This document shows positions 1 through 9,559 of a DNA stretch of 64,000 bases, piece by piece (within the stretch, counting starts at the first letter, position 1; each line of letters starts with the position of its first letter). This DNA comes from an uncultured Planctomycetales bacterium. Lineage in GTDB: Bacteria; Omnitrophota; Gorgyraeia; Zapsychrales; Fredricksoniimonadaceae. Where the stretch lies: assembly GCA_964572155.1 (NCBI GenBank), contig CAZNDZ010000001.1:1274786-1338785 (forward strand), given 5' to 3'. The notes beneath the pieces are model-generated. The model ran no database searches. It had not been told where the DNA came from and saw only the letters and a list, made by a program, of their open reading frames with translations. The translations under genes were made by a program, and so were the position numbers.

Positions 1-626
1 CAAGAGGGATCATCGCTGCCAATGACGCTTTACTTTTTGGCATAGGTTTGGTTTTAATGGGTGTATTTATTTTAGTGATAAAGGTTAATTTATTAACCGC
101 GTTCTTGTGTTTGTTGACATCATTTTTATATGTTTTGGTGTATACGCCGATGAAGCGTTTAAGTTGGCTTAATACGACGATCGGTGCTATCCCAGGTGCT
201 TTACCACCGATGGGGGGTTGGGCTGCAGCAAGTAATTCTTTAGATGCTGGCGCGTGGGTTTTGTTCTTTATTTTATTTACATGGCAACATCCTCATTTTT
301 ACGCGATTGCTTGGATGTACAAGGAAGATTATAAAAAAGCAGGTTTTAAAATGCTGCCATGTGTCTACCCAGAGGGCAATTTAACCTATTATCAAATGAT
401 GGCCTTTAGTTTTGGTTGCATTGCATTTTCATTGTTGCCATCGATGATTGGGATGAGCGGTAAGATATATTTCTGGGGCGCGTTATCGCTTGGTGCGTTG
501 CTAGTTGTCCCAGCATTTTTGTTTAGTAAAAATTATTCCATACTCAGTGCCCGCAAGGTGCTTGCAGCGTCGGTCATTTATTTACCATTATTATTGCTGT
601 TTATTATCGCTGATGTCATTTTCTAA
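1..626 (+). CDS. ctaB: protoheme IX farnesyltransferase (heme O synthase), 3' portion; gene begins upstream of window
   Basis: Translation is a polytopic membrane protein with the conserved UbiA-family C-terminal region of CyoE/CtaB (…WQHPHFYAIAWMYKEDYKKAGFKML…); frame is open from the window edge. Confidence 0.8.
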   Translation, partial: RGIIAANDALLFGIGLVLMGVFILVIKVNLLTAFLCLLTSFLYVLVYTPMKRLSWLNTTIGAIPGALPPMGGWAAASNSLDAGAWVLFFILFTWQHPHFYAIAWMYKEDYKKAGFKMLPCVYPEGNLTYYQMMAFSFGCIAFSLLPSMIGMSGKIYFWGALSLGALLVVPAFLFSKNYSILSARKVLAASVIYLPLLLLFIIADVIF

Positions 627-1617
627 TCGTTTTATCATATCTCAAGTTCTTTTAGCAGCCATGGCATTGGCATTGTTTGTCACGTATAAAAACGTTGCGT
701 CAAACAGCCATTTACCGAAACTTGGGTTTGTACAAGATTTTTCGCTGACAAATCAAGATAACATTCCCACACAACTAAAAGACCTAAAGAATAAAGTTTG
801 GGTTGCTGATTTTGTTTTTACGACATGTTCAGGGATTTGTCCTAGCATGAGTAAGAACATGTCCGCCATGTCCAAGGTGTTTAATCATTATCCTGATGTG
901 CGCATGGTTTCATTTAGTGTTAATCCTGAAAATGATACCCCCGAGGTGTTAAAGAAATATGCCTCAAAATATGATGCGAATGATCGATGGGTATTTTTGA
1001 CAGGATCAAGGGATACCATCACGAAGCTCGCTGTTGAAAGTTTTAAGATGGGGGATATGAAAGAGATTGTGTTTCATTCAGCCATGTTTGTTTTAGTTGA
1101 TCGTAAAGGGCGTATTCGAGGCTATTATGATAGTGGGGATGCAAGTCGCATCGAACGTTTGCATCAGGACATCCCGTTATTACGTCGAGAATTGGATTTG
1201 CCCTTATTGCCAACCATCAATGCCACGTTAAATGCATTATCTGGGCTTATTTTGTTCTTTGGGTTTTTAGCCATTAAACGAAGGGATCAAGCGCTTCACA
1301 GGAAGTTGATGATGGCGGCCATTGGTAGTTCAGGGTTGTTTCTCGCTTGTTATTTGTATTATCATGCAACCAGCCACATCATCACGTATTACCAAGGACA
1401 AGGTATTTGGAGAACAATTTACTTTCTTGTGTTAGGAACTCACACACCGCTTGCAGCCTTGATTGTGCCATTCATATTTTTAGCTGTAAAACATGCCATT
1501 AAGGGTGATTTAGAGAAACATACGAAGATTACAAAGTGGCTTTATCCGACGTGGATGTACGTGTCGATTACAGGTGTGGTGGTATATTTAATGCTTTACG
1601 TTTTTAGACCGGCCTAG
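613..1617 (+). CDS. SCO1/SenC copper chaperone (CxxxC thioredoxin-like) fused to a C-terminal DUF420 membrane domain
   Basis: N-terminal signal anchor; CSGICP motif and SCO1-like fold region; C-terminal ~140 aa with 4 TM helices typical of DUF420 found in cytochrome oxidase clusters; internal ATG at 613 (track ORF begins earlier at 505). Confidence 0.75.
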   Translation: MSFSNRFIISQVLLAAMALALFVTYKNVASNSHLPKLGFVQDFSLTNQDNIPTQLKDLKNKVWVADFVFTTCSGICPSMSKNMSAMSKVFNHYPDVRMVSFSVNPENDTPEVLKKYASKYDANDRWVFLTGSRDTITKLAVESFKMGDMKEIVFHSAMFVLVDRKGRIRGYYDSGDASRIERLHQDIPLLRRELDLPLLPTINATLNALSGLILFFGFLAIKRRDQALHRKLMMAAIGSSGLFLACYLYYHATSHIITYYQGQGIWRTIYFLVLGTHTPLAALIVPFIFLAVKHAIKGDLEKHTKITKWLYPTWMYVSITGVVVYLMLYVFRPA

Positions 1618-1902
1618 TACGAAGTTGACCATCTTCTTTTGATATTCCCAGAAAAAGTTAAATTGTCCAAGCAGTGTTCCCCATAAGATAAGACCAATTT
1701 GATAAGTCCCCAAGGCCATGGGGATGTAACAGAGGATTTTAATCCAAAGCGGCGTTGAAGCTGTGATGCCAACTATTGGGAAGAAGAATTTACGGACAAA
1801 CATAATGGTTGATCCTGCCAGCGAAAAAGTTAGCATAATCAACCAGAAATCGCGATCACTGTTGATATGCCATTTAGATTTTAAATAAGTAATCCATTTC
1901 AT
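1588..1902 (-). CDS. hypothetical small membrane protein
   Basis: 104-aa ORF with 3 predicted hydrophobic helices; no recognisable family. Confidence 0.4.
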   Translation of the reverse strand: MKWITYLKSKWHINSDRDFWLIMLTFSLAGSTIMFVRKFFFPIVGITASTPLWIKILCYIPMALGTYQIGLILWGTLLGQFNFFWEYQKKMVNFVLGRSKNVKH

Positions 1903-2207
1903 GATAATCCTTTAAGATCCTGTAAGACTGTCTTTAGAAAAAATACACCAACAATAAGAACGATGATGGCGCTGATAGCTAATACAAAAATCATTTTAAG
2001 AAATCCATCGGCACCTGTATCAAATTTTAAAATGGTGCGTATTTTATCGTCGTTGTTGCTCATTTCACTTTAAGTAAATACGATTGAATGATCCAGCCTG
2101 CAATAAACAATATCCCAGACACTAAGAAAATGTTATGCGGCATTAGGTTGGGGTAATTTTTGATAAAGCCCCATGCCATGACAGTCAGCGCCGCTGCTTG
2201 AAATATT

Positions 2208-2699
2208 TTAGCTAGCCAATACATGCGTTTTTAAACCGGACATTTCTAAGACAACAAAGGTGTTTTCACGAAAACTTTGATGTTGAATCACTTTAGCGTA
2301 ACAGAAATGAATGATGCCAAGGAATAAAAGGCCTTGGTAAATAAAATGTGGGATCTTTCCTGTATCAGCAGCTCCATAAAGGATAAAGGCGATCATTAGG
2401 ATCATGATATTAAGTAATTGCGGCGGGTACATGGTGCGTTTGATTGTTATCATGCGTTTGTGAAAATCACCGTAAATTTTATGTTCTAACATGTATTCTT
2501 TAACACTAACCCCTGTGCCAACAAAGAAGAAAATGACCAGTGTCTCGGTAAAGAGGTAAATGATCGACGTTAAAATCAAAAAAGACATGGGAGAGGCCTT
2601 AAACACAAAGAATGGGTGCAGGCTTTGCAAAAAGACAATCCCTAGCATCACGAATGACGCTAGGGAGAATAAATAACAGCTATACATGAAAAACCACAT
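2208..2699 (-). CDS. hypothetical integral membrane protein
   Basis: 163-aa ORF with 4-5 hydrophobic helices; followed on the same strand by two sub-60-aa hydrophobic ORFs (about 2060-2179 and 1917-2061). Confidence 0.45.
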   Translation of the reverse strand: MWFFMYSCYLFSLASFVMLGIVFLQSLHPFFVFKASPMSFLILTSIIYLFTETLVIFFFVGTGVSVKEYMLEHKIYGDFHKRMITIKRTMYPPQLLNIMILMIAFILYGAADTGKIPHFIYQGLLFLGIIHFCYAKVIQHQSFRENTFVVLEMSGLKTHVLAS

Positions 2700-2706
2700 A
2701 ATGAAT

Positions 2707-2988
2707 TTACTTTGGTGGGGCTAACGGTGTTTTCTTCTCGTTGATCATGGGAAGTGATTTAGCTTTTTCAGCATTCATGGCAGCATAATCTTTGTACTTG
2801 CCAGGAAGGTCAGAATCAGAGTAAATCGCTTGAACAGGGCATTCTGGGATACATGCACCGCAATCGATACAAACTTCTGGATCAATAACGAGCATTTCAG
2901 CGTCTTCGTGGAAACAATCAACAGGACATACGGTGACGCAGTCAGTGTATTTACATTTGATACAGGGTTCGGTGACTATGTGAGCCAT
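2707..2988 (-). CDS. fdxA: 7Fe ferredoxin ([3Fe-4S][4Fe-4S], FdxA type)
   Basis: [18 protein letters not shown] … [12 protein letters not shown] cysteine pattern diagnostic of Azotobacter-type 7Fe ferredoxins. Confidence 0.85.
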   Translation of the reverse strand: MAHIVTEPCIKCKYTDCVTVCPVDCFHEDAEMLVIDPEVCIDCGACIPECPVQAIYSDSDLPGKYKDYAAMNAEKAKSLPMINEKKTPLAPPK

Positions 2989-3008
2989 GATAAATCTCCT
3001 TAGCTTAT

Positions 3009-4556
3009 TTAACTCAGTGATGATAATTCAGGCAACGGCGCATTTTTCTGATTTGAAACAGGGCGCGGTTGACGATTTAAAAATTTAGCTTCCAGCGTCT
3101 TATCTTTTTTCTCACCCTTGATAAAACGGATAAATTTTTGAATAAAATATTGGGTGAAAGCTTTTAAACCATGGACCTTGCGTAAAAAATCACCCATGGT
3201 GTTGATTGAAATAAGCATACGCCACATTTGCTTCGGACGCAAATAAAATTCTTTAAGGCCAATGTCAATATGTTCGTCGATGTCTTTATGGGAAAACTGA
3301 GGATAAGACAATAAGGTGCGTTGTTCGCCCGTCTTGGTTAACCAATCACGCCAATCTTTGGCTAAGATGTAGCCATTTTCTTTAGCCCACTTATACAGGG
3401 AAGTGCCAGGATAAGAGGCAACACCGGTAATTTGAATGGTATCAAGGGGCATGGATTTCGCAAAGTCGATTGTTTTGCGTGCAGAAGCCTTGGTTTCACC
3501 TGGAGCGCCAATCATGAAACAGCCATGGATGGTAAAGCCTAAGCGGTGAGCTTCTTTAGAATATTCACGGGCCATATCAACGCTAACACCGCCTTTGCGG
3601 ATAACGCGTAGATTTTCATCGGTCCCAAATTCAAAACCCGTCATGAGCATACGGCAACCAGCTTCTCTCATTAAGGGGAGTAAACTTAAATCGGTGTTGA
3701 CGCGCATATTGCAAGACCAAGAAATCTTCTTATTGATGCCTTTAGCAATGATCAAGTTGCAAACTTCCTTTACGTGCTTGGCTTCTGCTGCAAAGGTGTC
3801 TGTTTCAAACATGATCTCGCGGATCTGAGGATGAAGCTTGATGTCGTGTTCCATTTCAGCGACGACAAGTTCAGCCGTGCGATTGCGCAATTTATAACCA
3901 TACATGAGTTGTGGATCGCGGCAGAAGGTGCACGCATTGTTACAGCCACGACCAGTGATCAAAGTTAAGAATGGGAATTTCTTACCACCATCAGGATACC
4001 ATTCCGGCTGAATCAATTGCCAAGCTGGAAATGGCAGTAAGTTAACATCAATATCAGGACGGGGAAGGTTGCGAACAACGGTCCCATTTTTAATCCAACA
4101 TAAACCTAAATTTTTATCATCAGCAACACCGTTGGCTAAATCAAGCAAGGTGTAGTCATATTCTCGAGGGAGAATATAATCAACAACACCGCGACCGATT
4201 TCAAACGTATTATCAATTTCAGCCGTTGCATGTTGACCAACAAAGACAACGCGACAACCTGTTTTTTCTTTGATGATTTTAGCTTGTTCAATATCGGCAT
4301 AGATCGAAGGTGTTGTCACATGCATGACCAAAAGGTCAGGCTTGAGGGCAACGGTTGTTTCAATCGATTGTTCTTCAGTAAAATTGCGTGCTGCAGCCTC
4401 GACAAAATGCGTGTCATGCCCAGCATCAAGCAAGACTTGCGCCGCAGTGAGGAGATATTCCGGATGACGTTGCACACGCCCACGAGACTTAGCAGCCCAA
4501 CGCGCGACACGTACAAAGTTTTCACCAAAAGAGGGATTAAGAATTACGACTTTCAT
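3009..4556 (-). CDS. B12-binding-domain radical SAM protein (class B radical SAM)
   Basis: N-terminal cobalamin-binding Rossmann region followed by CNNACTFC (CxxxCxxC) radical SAM core; probable start MKVVILNP at 4556 (track ORF extends to 4628). Confidence 0.8.
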   Translation of the reverse strand: MKVVILNPSFGENFVRVARWAAKSRGRVQRHPEYLLTAAQVLLDAGHDTHFVEAAARNFTEEQSIETTVALKPDLLVMHVTTPSIYADIEQAKIIKEKTGCRVVFVGQHATAEIDNTFEIGRGVVDYILPREYDYTLLDLANGVADDKNLGLCWIKNGTVVRNLPRPDIDVNLLPFPAWQLIQPEWYPDGGKKFPFLTLITGRGCNNACTFCRDPQLMYGYKLRNRTAELVVAEMEHDIKLHPQIREIMFETDTFAAEAKHVKEVCNLIIAKGINKKISWSCNMRVNTDLSLLPLMREAGCRMLMTGFEFGTDENLRVIRKGGVSVDMAREYSKEAHRLGFTIHGCFMIGAPGETKASARKTIDFAKSMPLDTIQITGVASYPGTSLYKWAKENGYILAKDWRDWLTKTGEQRTLLSYPQFSHKDIDEHIDIGLKEFYLRPKQMWRMLISINTMGDFLRKVHGLKAFTQYFIQKFIRFIKGEKKDKTLEAKFLNRQPRPVSNQKNAPLPELSSLS

Positions 4557-4651
4557 TGATTGATATACTACATTTATCTCATGTTCCCTGCAATAAGATT
4601 TTAAATTTTCTAAGATAGGAATCAACAATAACCATATCTTTTTCTATTGAA

Positions 4652-4700
4652 GGTTGACATATGTATATATCCATGATATACATTATTGTATGGATATTTA
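4652..4700 (+). promoter_or_regulatory. putative sigma70 promoter (TTGACA-17-TATACA) with an inverted-repeat operator atatccat…atggatat upstream of the brnT-brnA-like operon
   Basis: Read directly: ttgacatatgtatatatccatgatatacattattgtatggatat. Confidence 0.4.
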
Positions 4701-5004
4701 CTCAACATTGACAAATTGTGAAGGCTTTCAGTGGGATAAAGGTAATAATTTAAAAAGTTGGCTCAAGCATCATGTATCTGAAAGGGAGGCTGAGCAGGTA
4801 TTCTTTCATGAGCCATTATTAGTGGTGATTGATGAGAAGCATTCGCAATATGAAACTAGGTTTAGGGCAATGGGGTACACAGATAGGGGTAGATATTTAT
4901 ATATTGTATTTATGATTAGGGATAATTTGATTCGAGTGATATCTGCAAGAAGTATGAATGAGAAAGAGAGAGTGGTCTATGAAAAGTTTAAAACCGATGC
5001 CTAA
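4690..5004 (+). CDS. brnT: BrnT-family toxin (DUF497) of a type II TA module
   Basis: FQWDKGNNLKSWLKHHVSEREAEQVF… matches the BrnT/DUF497 signature; 4-nt-overlapping downstream RHH partner. Confidence 0.7.
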   Translation: MDIYSTLTNCEGFQWDKGNNLKSWLKHHVSEREAEQVFFHEPLLVVIDEKHSQYETRFRAMGYTDRGRYLYIVFMIRDNLIRVISARSMNEKERVVYEKFKTDA

Positions 5005-5248
5005 GTTTAAGACAGAAAAAGAAGAAAAAAAGTTTTGGCTGACACATGATTCCACAGAATATGTCGATTGGTCAAAAGCTCGCAAGGTTGTTTTTCCTAA
5101 TTTAAAACCAACCTATAAAAGTATTTCGTTGCGCCTATCAGCTTCAATGTTAGATCAGATCAAAGTTTTGGCAAATAAAAAAGATGTGCCATATCAGTCT
5201 TTAATGAAAGTTTACTTAGCTGAGAAAGTAAAAGAAGAATTGGCTTAA
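4979..5248 (+). CDS. brnA: BrnA-family antitoxin (CopG/RHH-like)
   Basis: …ISLRLSASMLDQIKVLANKKDVPYQSLMKVYLAEKV matches BrnA antitoxins; likely start MKSLKPMP at 4979. Confidence 0.65.
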   Translation: MKSLKPMPKFKTEKEEKKFWLTHDSTEYVDWSKARKVVFPNLKPTYKSISLRLSASMLDQIKVLANKKDVPYQSLMKVYLAEKVKEELA

Positions 5249-5315
5249 TTTCTTTTTTAAGATAAATAATAATTCTAGTGAATACGTAATCTAGACCATT
5301 TATAATCTAGATTAT

Positions 5316-8300
5316 ATGTTCAAGTCTTTAACTCATATTGGGCTAGCCCTAGCCCTAATTTTACCCCCATGGCCATTAACACATGCGCCAATCATCAAAC
5401 CATCATCAAATCTCTCATCAGCGACGATACCTGTGCTTGATGGTCAGCGTATAACACCCACAAGACCATTAATCTTTTCAGACACACTTAACGGTTTGAA
5501 TGTCACAACGACGATCACGCAAACTCAACAGCAATTAATTCAAGAAGTGCAGATGACTGGTTCAAAAGAGTCCGTACATTTCCGATTGATTCTCATTCCT
5601 AATGAATCAGAAGAATCATTCCTGCGTAGCCAAACACCTAAGTATTTGGCGAAGCAGGATGAATTTATCTTTTCACAAAAAATTCAAGATAATAAGATTT
5701 TAACCAAAGAATTAATTAATACTAAAACTCCAAATACAAAAAGCGGTAGTATTTATACTTGGCGATTGCTGACGGATGATCCTTTGGTAATGATGGATTT
5801 ACAAAGCACATCGGATGGCGGAGCGGATATTATTCGGGTGTTTGACGAACAACGTATTATCGTAGCGCATATTAAGCCTTTTATCTATTGGACAAAAACC
5901 CATCACCAAAAGGTAGCGGCAATCCAATTATCTAAAGATGCTTTGCAGAATTCTGTCATAGAATTATTAATCCATGAAGATCCAAGTGCTTATCCGTTAA
6001 CAATTGACCCTTCAATTGCATATGGCCAATGGTTGGGGGATGGAACTACAATAACAACTCGTGTTTTGGCTATAGCACTTGAACCTGTAACAGGAGAAAT
6101 ATATGCTGGCGGTTCAGCATCAGGGGTGATGGCAAATATTGGCACCATGGTAGGCACATTTAATGGTGAGACAAATGGCTTTGTTGTTGAAATAATAGGG
6201 GGTAATCCGCCGGCTATCAATTGGTATCATGATCTTGATGGTGCAGGGAATGATACAGTTCTAGCATTGGCTGTAAATGGTGATGAAATTTATGCGGGGG
6301 GGTATGCTAATTCATCAGATTCATGGGATAGCGCAGGATCAAATGTGGGTACAATGACTAATTCTGGTAATCCTGGAGAAGGGTTTATTGTTGAAATTGC
6401 GGATGGCGCGTCACCTACATTAAGCTGGCATATGTGGTTAGGGGGTGTTGGAGGTGATGCTGTTCGTGCTTTATCTATTAATGGCGATGAAATCTACGCA
6501 GCAGGAAGCAGTAATTCATCAGATTCATGGGATACCGCAGGTTTAGAGTTAGGCACATTGACCAATACATCTAACGAAGGCTTTGTTGTAGAAATTGCGG
6601 ATGGCGCGCCGCCTACGATCAATTGGCGTATGTGGGTGGGAGGGGAGGGCAGTGATATAATTTATGCGTTAACTATCAATGGTGATGAAATTTACGCAGG
6701 TGGATCTTCTACTTCAACAGGTTCTTGGGAAACATTAGGATCAACAGTTGGGACATTAACCAATACATCTGCCGAAGGCTTTGTTGTAGAAATTGCTGAT
6801 GGTGCGCCGCCTTCTATCAATTGGTGTATGTGGGTTGGTGGCGTTGGAATTGATATGGTTTATAGTTTAGCGGTTAATGGTGATGAAATTTATGCAGGAG
6901 GATATACTGATTCTTCTGCATCATGGGATACGGCAGGGTCGACGTTTGGAACTGTGACAAACACATTGACTAATGGTGAAGGCTTTGTGGTCGAAATAGC
7001 CGATGGTGGCCCGCCAACCTTGAATTGGCGCATGTTTATTGGTGGCAGGTCAGCTGAGATTATTAATGCTTTGAGTGTTAATGGTGATGAGATTTATGCC
7101 GGGGGGTATAGTAATAATTCAGCCAGTTGGGATACTGTTGGATCAACAGTTGGAACTCATACAAATAGCGCAACATCAGAAGGCTTTGTTGTAGAAATTA
7201 CGGATGGTAGTCCGCCTTCTTTAGCTTGGCGTGCGTGGATTGGTAATAATTTCACTAATAGTGCTGTTAATGGGTTAGCTATTAATGGCGATGTAATTTA
7301 CGCAGGCGGGTATACACAAGTTGGGACATTCAATTTGATGGAGACATTTACGGTTATTTCTGGTGCCGACACTCAGGGTCCTGGATGGATTGCACAATTA
7401 GATGATGCTGGTCCTCCAACTTATTACTGGTTACAGGCTTTTGGTGGAATTGGATCTTCTGCTGTGCGAGGAGTAGCGGTTAATGGGGATGAGATTTATG
7501 CAGGAGGGGAGGCATATTTGCAGAGTCCGGGTACTTTTTTTGAAGTTGGGACTGCGAACAGTCAGTTTTATGAAGCCTATGTTGTAGAAATTGCGGATGG
7601 CAGCACACCGTCCATAGTTTGGCGTATGTGGCTAGGGGGATCTGGGTATGATTTTCTTCGTACTTTAATAGTTAATGGCGATGAAATTTATGCGGGGGGG
7701 TATGCTAATTCATCAGATTCATGGGATACCGCAGGATCAAATGTGGGTACAATGACTAATTCTGGTAATCCTGGAGAAGGGTTTATTGTTGAAATTGCTG
7801 ATGGATCTCCACCTTCTTTGACATGGCGTATGTGGTTAGGTGGCGTTGGAAGTGATGTGGTTTATAGTTTAGCGGTTAATGGTGATGAAATTTATGCCGG
7901 GGGGTATACTGATTCATCAGATTCTTGGGAAACTGCAGGATCAACAGTGGGGACATTGACAAATACATTGGCTACTGGTGAAGGATTTGTGGTAGAAATT
8001 GCTGATGGATCTCCACCTTCTTTGACATGGCGTATGTGGTTAGGTGGTGTTGGAAGTGATGCGGTTTATGGTTTAGCGGTTAATGGTGATGAAATTTACG
8101 CAGGTGGATTTTCTAATTCATCAGATTCTTGGGATACTGTAGGATCAACAGTTGGGACATTGACCAATACATCTAACGAAGGCTTTGTTGTAGAAATTGC
8201 TGATGGTGCGCCGCCTTCTATCAATTGGCTTATGTGGGTTGGTGGTCTTGCACAAGACCAGGTTCGTGTTTTAAGTATTAATGGTGATGAAATCTATGCG

Positions 8301-8849
8301 GGTGGCACAACAACTTCATTATCCAGTTGGGATACCGCAGGATCAACAGTTGGAACATATGGAAGTACAGGTCAAGAAGGCTATATATTAGAAATCGCCG
8401 ATGGAGGACCACCAAATCTTGATTGGCTTATGTGGATTGGGGGTGATGGCGCTGATTATGTATTTACTTTAGCTGTTAATGGTGATGAAATCTATGGGGG
8501 TGGTGAGTTCAATTCATCCGATTCATGGGATACCGCAGGGTCTGAGTTGGGGACATTTACAAATTCAGGGACTTTCAGTGCATATATTGTAGAAATTGCG
8601 GATGGCGCGCCACCTTCGTTGACATGGCGTATGTGGATAAGTAGTGCTGGGTCTGACGCTGTATTAAATTTAACTGTTAATGGTGATGAAGTTTACGCAG
8701 GGGGGGTGATATCTTCATCTTCGCAGGGCCTTGAAGGGGTTTATCAAGGCACAAGATACGATTCTTCATCTGCTGCGTTTATTGTTGAGATTGCGGATGA
8801 TGCGACGGCGGCTAGTGTCAATGCATTGTTTTTTGGGACTGGGTTTTAA
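5316..8849 (+). CDS. secreted SBBP-like beta-propeller repeat protein (~16 tandem ~65-aa repeats)
   Basis: Signal peptide; repeated unit W-MWLGG-GSD-VY-LAVNGDEIYAGGYS-SSDSWDT-GSTVGTLTN-EGFVVEIADG-PPSL resembles the SBBP (PF06739) beta-propeller repeat; ~195-nt DNA periodicity with several near-identical copies. Confidence 0.75.
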   Translation: MFKSLTHIGLALALILPPWPLTHAPIIKPSSNLSSATIPVLDGQRITPTRPLIFSDTLNGLNVTTTITQTQQQLIQEVQMTGSKESVHFRLILIPNESEESFLRSQTPKYLAKQDEFIFSQKIQDNKILTKELINTKTPNTKSGSIYTWRLLTDDPLVMMDLQSTSDGGADIIRVFDEQRIIVAHIKPFIYWTKTHHQKVAAIQLSKDALQNSVIELLIHEDPSAYPLTIDPSIAYGQWLGDGTTITTRVLAIALEPVTGEIYAGGSASGVMANIGTMVGTFNGETNGFVVEIIGGNPPAINWYHDLDGAGNDTVLALAVNGDEIYAGGYANSSDSWDSAGSNVGTMTNSGNPGEGFIVEIADGASPTLSWHMWLGGVGGDAVRALSINGDEIYAAGSSNSSDSWDTAGLELGTLTNTSNEGFVVEIADGAPPTINWRMWVGGEGSDIIYALTINGDEIYAGGSSTSTGSWETLGSTVGTLTNTSAEGFVVEIADGAPPSINWCMWVGGVGIDMVYSLAVNGDEIYAGGYTDSSASWDTAGSTFGTVTNTLTNGEGFVVEIADGGPPTLNWRMFIGGRSAEIINALSVNGDEIYAGGYSNNSASWDTVGSTVGTHTNSATSEGFVVEITDGSPPSLAWRAWIGNNFTNSAVNGLAINGDVIYAGGYTQVGTFNLMETFTVISGADTQGPGWIAQLDDAGPPTYYWLQAFGGIGSSAVRGVAVNGDEIYAGGEAYLQSPGTFFEVGTANSQFYEAYVVEIADGSTPSIVWRMWLGGSGYDFLRTLIVNGDEIYAGGYANSSDSWDTAGSNVGTMTNSGNPGEGFIVEIADGSPPSLTWRMWLGGVGSDVVYSLAVNGDEIYAGGYTDSSDSWETAGSTVGTLTNTLATGEGFVVEIADGSPPSLTWRMWLGGVGSDAVYGLAVNGDEIYAGGFSNSSDSWDTVGSTVGTLTNTSNEGFVVEIADGAPPSINWLMWVGGLAQDQVRVLSINGDEIYAGGTTTSLSSWDTAGSTVGTYGSTGQEGYILEIADGGPPNLDWLMWIGGDGADYVFTLAVNGDEIYGGGEFNSSDSWDTAGSELGTFTNSGTFSAYIVEIADGAPPSLTWRMWISSAGSDAVLNLTVNGDEVYAGGVISSSSQGLEGVYQGTRYDSSSAAFIVEIADDATAASVNALFFGTGF

Positions 8850-8876
8850 AAACCGTGACACATTGGGTTTATAAGG
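8848..8876. repeat. direct repeat copy 1 (aaaaccgtgacacattgggttt + ataagg) flanking the DUF433/DUF5615 cassette
   Basis: Exact 22-nt match to 9560-9582. Confidence 0.7.
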
Positions 8877-8929
8877 TTGTCTTTAATGTGCGGTTGACGA
8901 GGGATGTTTGCCGTGTTAAACTTATTCTT

Positions 8930-9166
8930 ATGACTGAACAAACAATGCATAACTACATTACTGCTGACCCAAAAATTTGTTTCGGGAAACCTGTGTTTAA
9001 AGGTACTCGTATTGCTGTTTATTTGGTTCTAGAGTTGTTAGAAGCAGGGGTTACTGTTAAAGAAATCATCAGCGCGGATTATTATCCTAATCTAACGATG
9101 AAACATGTCCAAGCTGCACTACATTATGCTGTTCGTACAGCTCAAAACCAACACTCCTTTGTGTAA
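8930..9166 (+). CDS. DUF433 domain protein (putative antitoxin)
   Basis: ITADPKICFGKPVFKGTRIAVYLVLELLEAGVTVKEIISADYYPNLTMKHVQAAL is the canonical DUF433 signature; internal start at 8930. Confidence 0.7.
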   Translation: MTEQTMHNYITADPKICFGKPVFKGTRIAVYLVLELLEAGVTVKEIISADYYPNLTMKHVQAALHYAVRTAQNQHSFV

Positions 9167-9504
9167 TGCGTTTTATTGTTGATGAAAATATTCCAAGATT
9201 GCTTGTTATAAAATTGATTGAGCTAAAGCATGATGTCGTCCTTGCTCAACGTAATAAATCAGATATGGCAATTGCTCGGAAAGCTTTAACAGAAAAACGC
9301 ATTATCTTGACGTTAGATAAAGATTTTACAAATATAATCTTATTTCCTCCATCAAGGTTTAACATACTTTGTGTCGATATACACCCGCCAGAAAAGAACG
9401 TGATTACAAATACTGTGATTGATTTTATTGCAAAGATCAAACCATCCAACTTTAAAGGTCTGATTATTTTGAGCAAAGATGGGTATATTCGGCAAACAAA
9501 GTAA
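9166..9504 (+). CDS. DUF5615 (PIN-like) protein, partner of DUF433 (putative toxin)
   Basis: MRFIVDENIPRLL…; abuts the DUF433 gene (stop/start share one base), the standard DUF433-DUF5615 pairing. Confidence 0.65.
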   Translation: MRFIVDENIPRLLVIKLIELKHDVVLAQRNKSDMAIARKALTEKRIILTLDKDFTNIILFPPSRFNILCVDIHPPEKNVITNTVIDFIAKIKPSNFKGLIILSKDGYIRQTK

Positions 9505-9520
9505 GACAGAATTGTTTAAG

Positions 9521-9540
9521 ACCGCAAATTGCGGTTTTAA
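9521..9540 (+). terminator. weak hairpin (accgcaa-a-ttgcggt) followed by TTTT after the DUF5615 gene
   Basis: Read directly; short AT-poor loop, modest stem. Confidence 0.3.
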
Positions 9541-9559
9541 AAAAGATTCTACGATGCAG

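Noticed and set aside
5990-6220. Antisense or embedded short ORFs listed in the six-frame track inside long well-supported genes, such as 5990-6220 inside the repeat-protein gene, 12020-12577 inside acnA, 3595-4559 inside the radical SAM gene and 51068-52455 inside the Mo-subunit gene
   Set aside because: All are contained in, and anti-parallel or out of frame with, genes that have strong homology support. Their translations are low-complexity with no recognisable features. They are treated as shadow ORFs.
6290-8650. Possible CRISPR array suggested by regularly spaced near-identical DNA repeats
   Set aside because: The repeats are ~195 nt long and contiguous, the units translate in frame into the SBBP-like protein repeats, and there are no short spacers or cas genes. 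They are coding tandem repeats, not CRISPR.
8841-8852. ggttttaaaacc perfect palindrome at the junction of the repeat-protein stop and direct repeat 1, considered as an integron attC-like or terminator element
   Set aside because: The stem is AT-rich with no loop and no flanking U-tract. It shows no R/L box organisation typical of attC. It is retained only as part of the direct-repeat observation.
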